Positions 19,897-28,634 of a DNA stretch of 54,153 nt are shown piece by piece. Position numbers and translations under genes: made by a program. Origin of the DNA: Alphaproteobacteria bacterium (lineage in GTDB: Bacteria; Pseudomonadota; Alphaproteobacteria; Rs-D84); contig JAVBPX010000006.1 in the NCBI GenBank assembly GCA_031549365.1, positions 1-54,153 of the forward strand, given 5' to 3'. The notes under the pieces were generated by a model. The model was not told where the DNA came from, did no database searches, and saw nothing but the letters and a program-made list of their open reading frames with translations. The first letter of the stretch is position 1; each line of letters opens with the position of its first letter.

Positions 19897-20871
19897 TTAT
19901 AAACGTTTGTTTGGCAATGTGAATAGTCCGCCGAATTTGAAGTCCCATTCTGATGGGTTAAATGGTCCCATGCCATTGTCCGAATAAAATGTTAGTTCTG
20001 AAAAATATAACTTTCCATTAACATTAAACCAATCAACGCGAACAAATGGAAAATCAGCCGACAATATATTTGATAATTTCAGCATTTCATCGTAGTTTTT
20101 TGGCATTTTAAACTTTGTGAAATTATTCCCATGTGCGCGATTAAACGGATATTTATTAAATTTCATATCAAAAAAGTCCATTTTAACGTCTGTTGAGCGT
20201 TCAGAGCACAGGAAAAAGTTTTTAATTTCTCCGTTATATGATTGAAATTTATAATCAAATAAATCTCCATCAATCTGTTCAATATATTTTTCAGCAATAA
20301 TTTTTGGTTTAATGTTTTTATATGCCCATTCGAAACTGTAAAAATAATGATTTGATTTTGGATTCATCCATTTGCGTAATTTTTCTTTTGCATCATCAAT
20401 ATCCAATTTTGATTTATCACTACAAATTATGTTTTGGCCACTGCCCCAATTAATTTTTAGAGCAAATTGGTTGGGCAATAAATCCCAATCAATATCGTCG
20501 ACCGAATCCCAAACACCCAATAACGGCACTAAATATTTTTCCCCGATTTTGTTTTTGATGTATTCTCGTACAGCAAATTTGTCAGCACATTTTGTCATTA
20601 ATGGATCGTGATAGTATAATTTTAACCATTGGATTTTTTCATTAAACGATTTCGGATTATCAATATCTGGTTTATATCCAACAGAATTTTCGAATTGATA
20701 TTTCAATATGAATTTTTTATCTTTGATTGATAAATTATTATCAAAACGGCGAGCATATAGTTTGTTATATAACTTTTTTTGTGTATCTGATCTTTTAAAA
20801 GAAAATATCTTAACTTTAAACAAATATATCCGAACACGACCTCTCTTTTTTTCAATTTTAAATATTTTCAT
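19897..20871 (-). CDS. TupA-like ATP-grasp amidoligase (polysaccharide modification)
   Basis: NPKSFNEKIQWLKL, DKFAVREY, DYKF, FPFVRVD, SELTFY motifs. Confidence 0.9.
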   Translation of the reverse strand: MKIFKIEKKRGRVRIYLFKVKIFSFKRSDTQKKLYNKLYARRFDNNLSIKDKKFILKYQFENSVGYKPDIDNPKSFNEKIQWLKLYYHDPLMTKCADKFAVREYIKNKIGEKYLVPLLGVWDSVDDIDWDLLPNQFALKINWGSGQNIICSDKSKLDIDDAKEKLRKWMNPKSNHYFYSFEWAYKNIKPKIIAEKYIEQIDGDLFDYKFQSYNGEIKNFFLCSERSTDVKMDFFDMKFNKYPFNRAHGNNFTKFKMPKNYDEMLKLSNILSADFPFVRVDWFNVNGKLYFSELTFYSDNGMGPFNPSEWDFKFGGLFTLPNKRL

Positions 20872-20916
20872 TTGTCCCTCTCGGATGTAAAATTATTAAT
20901 TTATAATAGTTTTTCA

Positions 20917-21777
20917 TTAATGGTGTTTCCCTTGTTTAGAATTATAGGTAAGTTTGAAATCATTCTTTCTGAATCTAAATGATGGATTAGTAAGGTTTGG
21001 GATATTCAACTTGTTTTCCCATAAAACATAATCCAGGCTGAGTTGATCCCGTCTGGAATAATTTTCGATAAAATGCCACCATTCGTTCATAATCTTTATG
21101 CATTTTTTATCCATATGTTTTCGAAAAATCAAGGTTGTTTCGTGTAGACCATAATTTTTTGGAAATTTATCGGATTTTAAAATTTGCTGCATTTTTGACA
21201 TGATTTTTGGGTTGTCTTTTGACGATTTTTCGCATGCAGATATTTCATCGTATATGCAGTTACGCTCGAAATGTTCCGGGATCGACAGAATTTTGTTTTT
21301 TTTAATTATATTTTTAATCCTATTAAAAATATAACCACTGATAATATTTACATTCCCATCGACCCATAGGGAATATTCATAATTTTGCAATAATTCATGT
21401 GGATGGGTTTTATGCCACCGTGCATTTCGAATATTATCAGATTTAGTGTATTTAAGTGCACGGATTTCCCAAATGTCAATATTGCCAGCATTAATTAATT
21501 TTTCATTGTCGGTAAAACAAATATAATCCCAATCAAAGTTTATATATCGTTGATATTGCAAATCATCATATTCCCCAGTTATGCAGGTATATACAGTGTT
21601 TTTTGCAATACGCCTTTTTTTATACTCTATATATTTTTTTATATTTGATTTTTGATATAGTTTGTCAATGTCGTCATTGATTTTGTTTTTATGCTTTTTA
21701 TAACTCTTGGGTGATAAAATGCCTATGAAGCGTAATATTTTGTACCAAATTATTAAATAGTAAAATTTTAATTTCAT
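20917..21777 (-). CDS. Glycosyltransferase domain protein (DUF616/TOD1-MUCI70-like)
   Basis: VYTCITGEYDDL, YICFTD, K.HPH, SLWVDGN, H..RNCIYDE, RDQLS. Confidence 0.85.
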   Translation of the reverse strand: MKLKFYYLIIWYKILRFIGILSPKSYKKHKNKINDDIDKLYQKSNIKKYIEYKKRRIAKNTVYTCITGEYDDLQYQRYINFDWDYICFTDNEKLINAGNIDIWEIRALKYTKSDNIRNARWHKTHPHELLQNYEYSLWVDGNVNIISGYIFNRIKNIIKKNKILSIPEHFERNCIYDEISACEKSSKDNPKIMSKMQQILKSDKFPKNYGLHETTLIFRKHMDKKCIKIMNEWWHFIENYSRRDQLSLDYVLWENKLNIPNLTNPSFRFRKNDFKLTYNSKQGKHH

Positions 21778-22721
21778 TTATTTCTCTTGAAAGCGATACT
21801 TTTTGGAATCGATATGTAAAATATAGGTAAATGAAACAATCGAATTAAAAACCGATAGTTTCCATTTTTTTTGTACCGGCCCCGAATTGATAAAAAACTT
21901 TTGTTGATTAAATCAAAAAATACATATTGGAAACGGCGATTTTTAAAATTTCGAATTACTTCTGGATCTACTGTTCGCGTCAGATTATTTTCGATGAGTT
22001 CGGCCAGTTTTTTATTAGTGCATTTTATTGATCCGATAATGTTTTTTATTGATCCGATAAAGTTGCTATCGTTGTTATAAAATGCAGCCTTTTTAACGAA
22101 TGGGACACCATGATTTAAAACCCAGATCGGATTTAAATAGGGCCAATTTAAACGATATTTTACCAACGGATTTAATTTGTGCCCATGCTTTTTAATTAAT
22201 TCGGACAATCCAATTTCATATTTTTCAATGATTAGATCTTTGTGATTTTCGTGCTTAACCGATTTCATAAATTCATTGAACCAATCGGATAGAAATATTG
22301 AAGAGGACAATCCGACAAACCAAGACTGAATATGTGGACGACTATAATCCAACATAAACATCCCGACCGCGTCCGAGCCAGAATTTTCCAATTTTTCAAC
22401 AATTGGCTTTAAATCAGATGTTGGACCATAAGCACTGTCGTTTACCAAATAAACCCAATCGTATTTTGATAATAAATCGTTGTCGCGGGCCCAAAAATAA
22501 GCACGCTTATACGAACCAAAATCATATTCGCCGTGTTTGCCGATAATTTGATGAATTGTATATGGTTTTACTTTTTTAGCCTGGGCATCCGAATTGTCAT
22601 TATCCGTTACAAAAATAATATCGCCCAACTTGGATAATTCAGCCAGATAATAAATAACATAATCATCAATTATTGCGTCGCGGTCATAGCTGGCGAACAG
22701 AAAGAGGCGGATTTTGGTCAT
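21774..22721 (-). CDS. Rhamnan synthesis F (RgpF)-like protein, copy A
   Basis: FASYD..IDDYVIYYL, YDFGSYK, LVNDSAYGP, HIQSWF, YEIGLS, PFVKK. Confidence 0.8.
   Translation of the reverse strand: MTKIRLFLFASYDRDAIIDDYVIYYLAELSKLGDIIFVTDNDNSDAQAKKVKPYTIHQIIGKHGEYDFGSYKRAYFWARDNDLLSKYDWVYLVNDSAYGPTSDLKPIVEKLENSGSDAVGMFMLDYSRPHIQSWFVGLSSSIFLSDWFNEFMKSVKHENHKDLIIEKYEIGLSELIKKHGHKLNPLVKYRLNWPYLNPIWVLNHGVPFVKKAAFYNNDSNFIGSIKNIIGSIKCTNKKLAELIENNLTRTVDPEVIRNFKNRRFQYVFFDLINKSFLSIRGRYKKNGNYRFLIRLFHLPIFYISIPKSIAFKRNK
21814..21923. repeat. Inverted repeat (3' block, 110 bp) pairing with 23901-24010
   Basis: Three mismatches by manual alignment. Confidence 0.85.
22363..22694. repeat. Inverted repeat (5' block) pairing with ~23148-23479
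   Basis: High identity over ~330 bp; 22363-22484 is identical (122 bp) to the reverse complement of 23358-23479. Confidence 0.9.
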
Positions 22722-22848
22722 AAATTATCCATTTTGTATATTATAGTATGTGGATTTTGGATGATTATAGTGTTCAAGTCAAGGGGAAATTTATTTGCTT
22801 GATTAAACCGCGGGTTGAAATTCTGGATTTGTTTCAATTATTAAAAGA

Positions 22849-22891
22849 ATATTATAGTCTGTCGACTTATAGTGTGTGCTTTTTTTATAAT
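22849..22891 (+). promoter_or_regulatory. C-box-like double operator and -10 of a likely leaderless transcript
   Basis: ATATTATAGTC-TGTC-GACTTATAGTG vs the PvuII-type GACT-N3-AGTC-TGTA-GACT-N3-AGTC; TATAAT at 22886-22891, 6 nt before ATG, no SD. Confidence 0.7.
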
Positions 22892-22897
22892 TTTTAT

Positions 22898-23131
22898 ATG
22901 ATTGAAAATTTATCCCAAATCATTGCAGAGCGTGTGCAATTTGAGCGTAAAAAATTGCATTTATCGCAAGAAAAACTGGCCGAGAGAGCGGGGATTCACA
23001 GGACTTATGTTGGAATGATCGAGCGGGCTGAAAAAAATGTTACAATTTACAGCTTGGCCAAGATTTGCGGTGCGTTTGGGATTACATTATTTGAATTTTT
23101 TAATGCAAAAGAGTTTAAAGATGAAAAGTAA
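22898..23131 (+). CDS. XRE-family HTH regulator, R-M controller (C) protein-like
   Basis: 77 aa; LSQEKLAERAGIHRTYVGMIERAEKNVTI contains the HRTY recognition helix of C proteins; overlaps next gene. Confidence 0.85.
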   Translation: MIENLSQIIAERVQFERKKLHLSQEKLAERAGIHRTYVGMIERAEKNVTIYSLAKICGAFGITLFEFFNAKEFKDEK

Positions 23132-24050
23132 GCGATTGTTTTTATTTGCCAGCTATGACCGCGATGCAATAATTGATGATTATGTTATTTATTACCTGGC
23201 TGAATTATCCAAGTTGGGTGATATTATTTTTGTAACGGATAACGATAATTCGGATGCCGAAATCGCGCGCGTAAAACCATATACAATCCATCAAATTATT
23301 GGCAAACACGGCGAATATGATTTTGGTTCGTATAAACGTGCTTATGTTTGGGCTCGTGACAACGATTTATTATCAAAATACGATTGGGTTTATTTGGTAA
23401 ACGACAGTGCTTATGGTCCAACATCTGATTTAAAGCCAATTGTTGAAAAATTGGAAAATTCTGGCTCGGACGCGGTCGGATTATTTTATCACGATTATCT
23501 GGACGAGGCGTATTTGCAATCCTGGTTTATTGGGTTAAAGCCAAAAATATTCAAATCACGTTGGTTTGATCACTTCATTTCTGATGTAAAAAAAGAAAAG
23601 ACTAAGGAATTAGTTGTTGAAATGTATGAAATGAAATTTACAAAATTATTAAAAGAAAAAAAACACACCATATCATTTATAACAAAACACAAAAAAAACC
23701 AAACATTTATTGATCCAATATGGGCATTGAATAGTGGGATTCCTTTTATAAAAAAGGCTTCGTTTTACAATATCGAAGGGGAATTTCTGGACAATGTGCA
23801 ATGGGGCAATGATGATTTGGAGCGTGCGGTTAAAAAAAATATAACACGCGTTATGGATCAGGATGTTTTGAAAAACATGAGAAACAGACGGTTCAGGTTC
23901 GTATTTTTTGATTTAATCAACAAAAGTTTTTTATCAATTCGGGGTCGGTACAAAAAAAATGGAAACTATCGGTTTTTAATTAGATTGTTTCATTTGCCTA
24001 TATTTTACATGTCTGTGCCGAAAAAATGGGCCATCAAGGAGGATAAATGA
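23121..24050 (+). CDS. Rhamnan synthesis F (RgpF)-like protein, copy B
   Basis: Paralogue of 21774-22721; start ATG 23121 by alignment to copy A. Confidence 0.8.
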   Translation: MKSKRLFLFASYDRDAIIDDYVIYYLAELSKLGDIIFVTDNDNSDAEIARVKPYTIHQIIGKHGEYDFGSYKRAYVWARDNDLLSKYDWVYLVNDSAYGPTSDLKPIVEKLENSGSDAVGLFYHDYLDEAYLQSWFIGLKPKIFKSRWFDHFISDVKKEKTKELVVEMYEMKFTKLLKEKKHTISFITKHKKNQTFIDPIWALNSGIPFIKKASFYNIEGEFLDNVQWGNDDLERAVKKNITRVMDQDVLKNMRNRRFRFVFFDLINKSFLSIRGRYKKNGNYRFLIRLFHLPIFYMSVPKKWAIKEDK

Positions 24051-24991
24051 AAGATTTAATTTCCGTTATTATTCCGGTATACAATGTTGAAAAATATGTA
24101 GAACGATGCTTGGATTCTGTTATCGCGCAAACATATAAAAACATTGAAATTATTGTAATTGATGATGGTTCTGTTGATAGTTCTGTTTCGATTATTAAAA
24201 AATTTAAAGACAAGCGTATAAAACTGATTGTCAAAGGGTATAATTCAGGGCAAAGTGATTCAAGAAATATCGGATTGTCTTTGGCCAAAGGTAAATACAT
24301 CGGTTTTATCGATAGCGATGATTATGTTGATTTGAACTATTTTGAAAAAATGCACAATGCTGCAAAACAGAATGATGCTGAAATTGTTATGGTTGGGATG
24401 TGTTCCGATGATGGATATAATAAAATTTATGATCGTATAATGGATAATGTTTATGTTTCGTTTTATGATAAATTAAAAACTGCAAAAAACGGTAGTACGT
24501 GCAATAAATTATTCAAGTATGATTTTATAAGAAAAAATAAAATAAGCTTTCCAACAGGATTGTTTTGGGAAGATAATGTCTTTATTTTGCATGCCGTATA
24601 TTATGCGAAAAAAATGGCAACCGTGTCAGATGTGTTTTATTATTATGTTAAAAATCAATCTTCTACTACTCGTTCTGAGGCTAATATAAAAAAGAGATCT
24701 GATGATAGTATTACTGTGATAAAACAAATGATGGATTTTGCCAAAGCAAAACAATTTTCAAAACTGGATATAGATTTGCTGGTAAATTTTTGTTTTAGCA
24801 ATATTGTTGCAAAATCGGATATGAAAAATAGGGCTTATGTTAAAAAACTTGATTCTGCAATTGGTATACATGGAGTATTGAATAAAAGACGTCCAAAATT
24901 TCCATTTTGGTATAAAATTATAGGCTTGTTTTTGGGACGAAAAAAATACAAAGAATTCAAAAATAACTGGAAAAAGGCACGCTATGATTAA
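24047..24991 (+). CDS. Glycosyltransferase family 2
   Basis: ISVIIPVYN, IDDGS, FIDSDD, WED. Confidence 0.92.
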   Translation: MKDLISVIIPVYNVEKYVERCLDSVIAQTYKNIEIIVIDDGSVDSSVSIIKKFKDKRIKLIVKGYNSGQSDSRNIGLSLAKGKYIGFIDSDDYVDLNYFEKMHNAAKQNDAEIVMVGMCSDDGYNKIYDRIMDNVYVSFYDKLKTAKNGSTCNKLFKYDFIRKNKISFPTGLFWEDNVFILHAVYYAKKMATVSDVFYYYVKNQSSTTRSEANIKKRSDDSITVIKQMMDFAKAKQFSKLDIDLLVNFCFSNIVAKSDMKNRAYVKKLDSAIGIHGVLNKRRPKFPFWYKIIGLFLGRKKYKEFKNNWKKARYD

Positions 24992-26534
24992 ATTGTTATA
25001 TTTTAATGCGGAACGCAATTTTGGGGATGAGCTGAATGTTTTAATTGCAAAAAAGATGTTTTGCATTGATGTTGTGCCAGAGGGGGGTAAAAAAGCGGAT
25101 GCGATTTTCATTGGCAGTTTGTTGCAAAGTTTGACTGTAAATAAAAATCCGCGTTTTTGGAAAAATCTGTTTAGAATATTTAAAAAGAAAAAACGGCCCA
25201 TTAATGTTTGGGGGTCTGGTTTTATTAGCGCACCAGCTGGCCGAGAATATTTACCCAGGCCATTGAATGTTTATGCAGTGCGCGGTAAATACAGTTTGGA
25301 TCGTTTGAAAAAATTAACTCATAAATCTTTGGATAATGCTGTGTTGGGGGATCCTGGCTTGTTGGCATCCAGGTTTATTCCACAGCAATCAAAAAAATAT
25401 GATGTTGGGATTATTCCGCATTATGTAGATAAAAAAAATCCGGCGTTAAAAAATATAAAATTAAAGGGATTATCACACAAAATAATTGATGTTCAACAAG
25501 ACCCAGAAACTGTTATTAAACAGATTTCTGAATGTGGATTTATTTTGTCTTCGTCATTACACGGTTTGATTATTGCTGATAGTTACGGCATCCCAAATCA
25601 ATGGATTGAGTTATCCGATATGGTTCTTGGAAGCGGGTATAAGTTTGCAGATTATTATTCTGCGTTTGGATTGTCAGGTATCAATCAGGTCGATTTGCGT
25701 ATAACACAAATTGTAGATGCTGATATTAAAAAATGGACGAAAGCATATCCGGTTAAACAAAATGTGGTTCAAAAATTATGTGATGGTTTGCAGAAAGCAT
25801 TTCCGTACAAGGTAAAATTTACATTGCCGTTACATTTAATACAAAATATTCGATTTTTAACGGCTGTGGCGGAACAATTTCCAAATGTCGTGGTGGACAA
25901 GGAAAGCAAGCAAATAATTGATCATTTAAATAAATATTTTAAATACAATATCGAAACAGTTGATAAAAATTCGGTAAATGTTTTTGATATAAAAAATATA
26001 TCGTTCGAACATAAAACTCCTGTTGTTCGATTTGGAGACAGGGCGTGGCCGTTGGTTTTTTCAAAACAAATGTTGGACTTTTGTCAGAATGTGGTGGGAA
26101 AAAATGGTATTACATTTTCTGGATTTAAAACAAAAATGCGCGTTAGTTGTTTAGAAAGATGGATTAAAAATATTTTAAAGAATGATTTTGAGTTTGATGG
26201 AGATAAAAAGAAGTTTTCCATTAAAAATCCGGTTGATGTTGAAATAACGTTTTCAAATAATGGTCGAGATTGGCCAGAAAAGTCTTGGGATAATGAATAT
26301 TATTTGGAATTAAAAAAATCTGAATTTGTTTTGTGCCCGAATGGCGATTTTATTTGGACATATCGGTTTTTTGAATCAATTATGTGCAATGCAATCCCGA
26401 TAGTCGAGGATGTGTGCGATTTGTATGATGGTTTTTATTTTTATGATATGAAAACCCCGTTGTCCCGATTGAAATATAATAAAAAATGGGCCCAACATAA
26501 TTTAAAATTGTTTATTGAAAGATATATGTTTTGA
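24984..26534 (+). CDS. Polysaccharide pyruvyl transferase fused to an exostosin/GT47-like domain
   Basis: NFGDELN, WGSG, AVRG, GDPGLL, IIPH, SSSLHGLIIADSYGIP; C-term SEFVLCPNGD..WTYRFFESI..AIPI. Confidence 0.8.
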   Translation: MIKLLYFNAERNFGDELNVLIAKKMFCIDVVPEGGKKADAIFIGSLLQSLTVNKNPRFWKNLFRIFKKKKRPINVWGSGFISAPAGREYLPRPLNVYAVRGKYSLDRLKKLTHKSLDNAVLGDPGLLASRFIPQQSKKYDVGIIPHYVDKKNPALKNIKLKGLSHKIIDVQQDPETVIKQISECGFILSSSLHGLIIADSYGIPNQWIELSDMVLGSGYKFADYYSAFGLSGINQVDLRITQIVDADIKKWTKAYPVKQNVVQKLCDGLQKAFPYKVKFTLPLHLIQNIRFLTAVAEQFPNVVVDKESKQIIDHLNKYFKYNIETVDKNSVNVFDIKNISFEHKTPVVRFGDRAWPLVFSKQMLDFCQNVVGKNGITFSGFKTKMRVSCLERWIKNILKNDFEFDGDKKKFSIKNPVDVEITFSNNGRDWPEKSWDNEYYLELKKSEFVLCPNGDFIWTYRFFESIMCNAIPIVEDVCDLYDGFYFYDMKTPLSRLKYNKKWAQHNLKLFIERYMF

Positions 26535-26576
26535 TATAAAAACTCCCAATAGGGAGTTTTTTATTTGAGGTCGGGT

Positions 26577-27173
26577 TTATTTTCCTTCGGCCGAAAACCA
26601 GCCAATGAAGTTTGTTTGATTCCCTGTGCCACTTTTTGGATATACTGTAAATGAGGTGAGTGAATTATTTATTTGTGGGTTTACGCTGACCGATGTTGCG
26701 CCTGCGGCTGGGATGCCGTTTGTTGTTGGTGTGAGGCTGAGATTTGAAACGCGTGTTGTAAATGCGACTGGATATGTTATTGTGCCTCCATATGAAGCCG
26801 CTGATACAAATGATTTAACTTGTTTATGTCCGGATTTTCGGATTTCCCATTTCGTATATCCGTCCCATGTTGCCATATCCGATTCGCGGGGATAGTAATC
26901 AATAATATAATCGGCGGCGGAATTTGTTCCTGATTCTAATTCATTTTTTATTTCTTGGATTTCGTTTCGTAATGCATTTAAGTCTTGGGTTGATGCAAAA
27001 TTTGAATTAGTATTCGATAAATCGGCACGAGCTAGTTCGTATCCTCCGGGTTTTTCATTATCGTGTACGACCAATGTGTTATTTGTTGTATCTACGGTTA
27101 TTTCCCCTGTTTTCCCAATGAATGTTTCGTGTTCGGATTTTGTCCCACGACGTAATTGAATCGAACGTGCCAT
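26577..27173 (-). CDS. Phage tail-fibre-like protein 2 (Mtd_N N-terminus)
   Basis: MARSIQLRRGT..GEITVDTT..LVVHD..GGYELARADLSN; shares DYYPRESDMA.WDG with 19312-19863; YPVAF..W.AEG C-domain. Confidence 0.8.
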   Translation of the reverse strand: MARSIQLRRGTKSEHETFIGKTGEITVDTTNNTLVVHDNEKPGGYELARADLSNTNSNFASTQDLNALRNEIQEIKNELESGTNSAADYIIDYYPRESDMATWDGYTKWEIRKSGHKQVKSFVSAASYGGTITYPVAFTTRVSNLSLTPTTNGIPAAGATSVSVNPQINNSLTSFTVYPKSGTGNQTNFIGWFSAEGK

Positions 27174-27174
27174 A

Positions 27175-27336
27175 TTATTCCACCGTTATTTCTGGTTCAA
27201 TAATTTCAGGTTGGTCGATTAAAATCAATTCGCCGTTTTCAACGGATAAAATTTTGCCCGATGCGTTTGCCTGGATTGCCATTTCTGTATAATGTTTAGG
27301 ATTTTGATTAAATATTGATATTAATTGTTGTTCCAT
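27175..27336 (-). CDS. Small protein upstream of tail-fibre-like gene (possible fibre chaperone)
   Basis: ATG 27336 with AAGGAG SD; 53 aa; stop 1 nt before the Mtd_N start. Confidence 0.55.
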   Translation of the reverse strand: MEQQLISIFNQNPKHYTEMAIQANASGKILSVENGELILIDQPEIIEPEITVE

Positions 27337-27360
27337 TGTTTTTGCTCCTTTGGTAAAAAA

Positions 27361-27447
27361 TAAAAAAGCCGGCGAAAGCCGACCAAATAAAAACCCAATC
27401 AATTGGGAATATGTGTGCATTATATCATAAATGGTTGAAAAAAGCAA
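27361..27447 (-). promoter_or_regulatory. TTGCT-N-TATAAT promoter and two-hairpin leader of Mtd_N operon 2
   Basis: On minus strand: ttgctt-17-tataat; cccaa-ttga-ttggg-T5; gtcggc-tttc-gccggc-T6. Confidence 0.6.
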
Positions 27448-27545
27448 TTGAAAATGAAGTTTGGGGTCCTCTATTTATGGTTGAGGACAGGATTGTTTTA
27501 TGGTATAATTGCACGCAAGAGAAGTTTGAAAACAAGGAGAAAGAT

Positions 27546-28355
27546 ATGAATAAATATGTCGGGATGTTGGCAGGTGTTGGAGTTTTGTTTGCTGGCGCGG
27601 TTAATGCTGGGGATGCGGATAAGGCAAAGGCTGCAGCCGAGATTTCAAAACAATTATCAAACCCTTTGGCAAAAATTATTAATATGCCATTACAGCAAAA
27701 TTGGGATTATGGTGCAGGGCCAAATGATGATGGACAGCATTATTATTTGCAGATTCAACCAGTAATTCCTGTGGAATTGGGGACTGATTGGACGATGTTA
27801 TCGCGTACAATTTTCAAATTAGAAAATGAACACAATATGGGTTATGACAGCGCGACTGGGCTGGGTGATGTCAGTCAGACTTTCTTTTTTGCGCCAAACG
27901 GGAATTTTCATGGTTGGTTGGGAGGAGTTGGACCGGTTTTTTTAATTCCTCTGGCTTCGCAGCCTGAATTGGGGTCAAAGAAATGGGGGGCTGGTCCGTC
28001 CGCAATTGTGTTGCGTCAAACAGAACATTGGACTTACGGATTGTTGGCAAGCCATACTTGGTCATTTGCAGGAAATGAAAATAGGCCAGATATTAATAGT
28101 ACGTTTTTGCAACCATTTATTGCGCGACAATTGCCTGGGGCGTGGAGTGTAACTGCGGCATCGGAATATTCATATGATTGGAATACGGATGAAGAAATAT
28201 TTCCTGTTAATTTAATGGTGGCCAAGGTTGTTCATATTGGTAAAATGCCAGTCAGTTTTTCAGTTGGAGGGCGCTATTATTTGGATAAGCCGTCTGGCGG
28301 ACCAGATTGGGGGTTACGTGGGATGGTGACGTTGGTTTTACCCAATATATTTTAA
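27546..28355 (+). CDS. Outer-membrane beta-barrel / putative transporter family protein
   Basis: Signal peptide, LSNPLA, IQPVIP, GLGD, GPS, amphipathic C-terminus; AAGGAG SD. Confidence 0.75.
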   Translation: MNKYVGMLAGVGVLFAGAVNAGDADKAKAAAEISKQLSNPLAKIINMPLQQNWDYGAGPNDDGQHYYLQIQPVIPVELGTDWTMLSRTIFKLENEHNMGYDSATGLGDVSQTFFFAPNGNFHGWLGGVGPVFLIPLASQPELGSKKWGAGPSAIVLRQTEHWTYGLLASHTWSFAGNENRPDINSTFLQPFIARQLPGAWSVTAASEYSYDWNTDEEIFPVNLMVAKVVHIGKMPVSFSVGGRYYLDKPSGGPDWGLRGMVTLVLPNIF

Positions 28356-28359
28356 AACA

Positions 28360-28524
28360 AACATTCATGAAAACGGCCATAATACCACCCAAACAAATAA
28401 TTTGTTTGGGGCCCGGTGTAGGCCGTTTTTCTTTTAAAAATCCTCGGTTTCGTATGTCTATATACGCGCCCTTCGGATTTTTAAAACAGAAAACGTCTAT
28501 ACGACACGTTTTGATGAATGTTTT
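28360..28524 (+). repeat. RPE1-like element with a ~38 nt hairpin inserted in its terminator loop
   Basis: Same as 13418-13542 but with aataccacccaaacaaataatttgtttggggcccggtg between acggccat and taggccgt. Confidence 0.75.
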
Positions 28525-28634
28525 TATTTTTTAAATTCAGATGTGATTTTCCGTGAATGCCTAGCTGTTTAAAAAATAAAAAAACCGCCGTGGGGCGGTT
28601 TTTGATGGTAGTTTTTCGTTTTGTTTTTAGAGCC

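Noticed and set aside
22748-23120. Longer ORF starts for the XRE gene (22748) and RgpF copy B (23037)
   Set aside because: The extensions run through operator/promoter DNA or the XRE gene; family length and paralogue alignment support 22898 and 23121.
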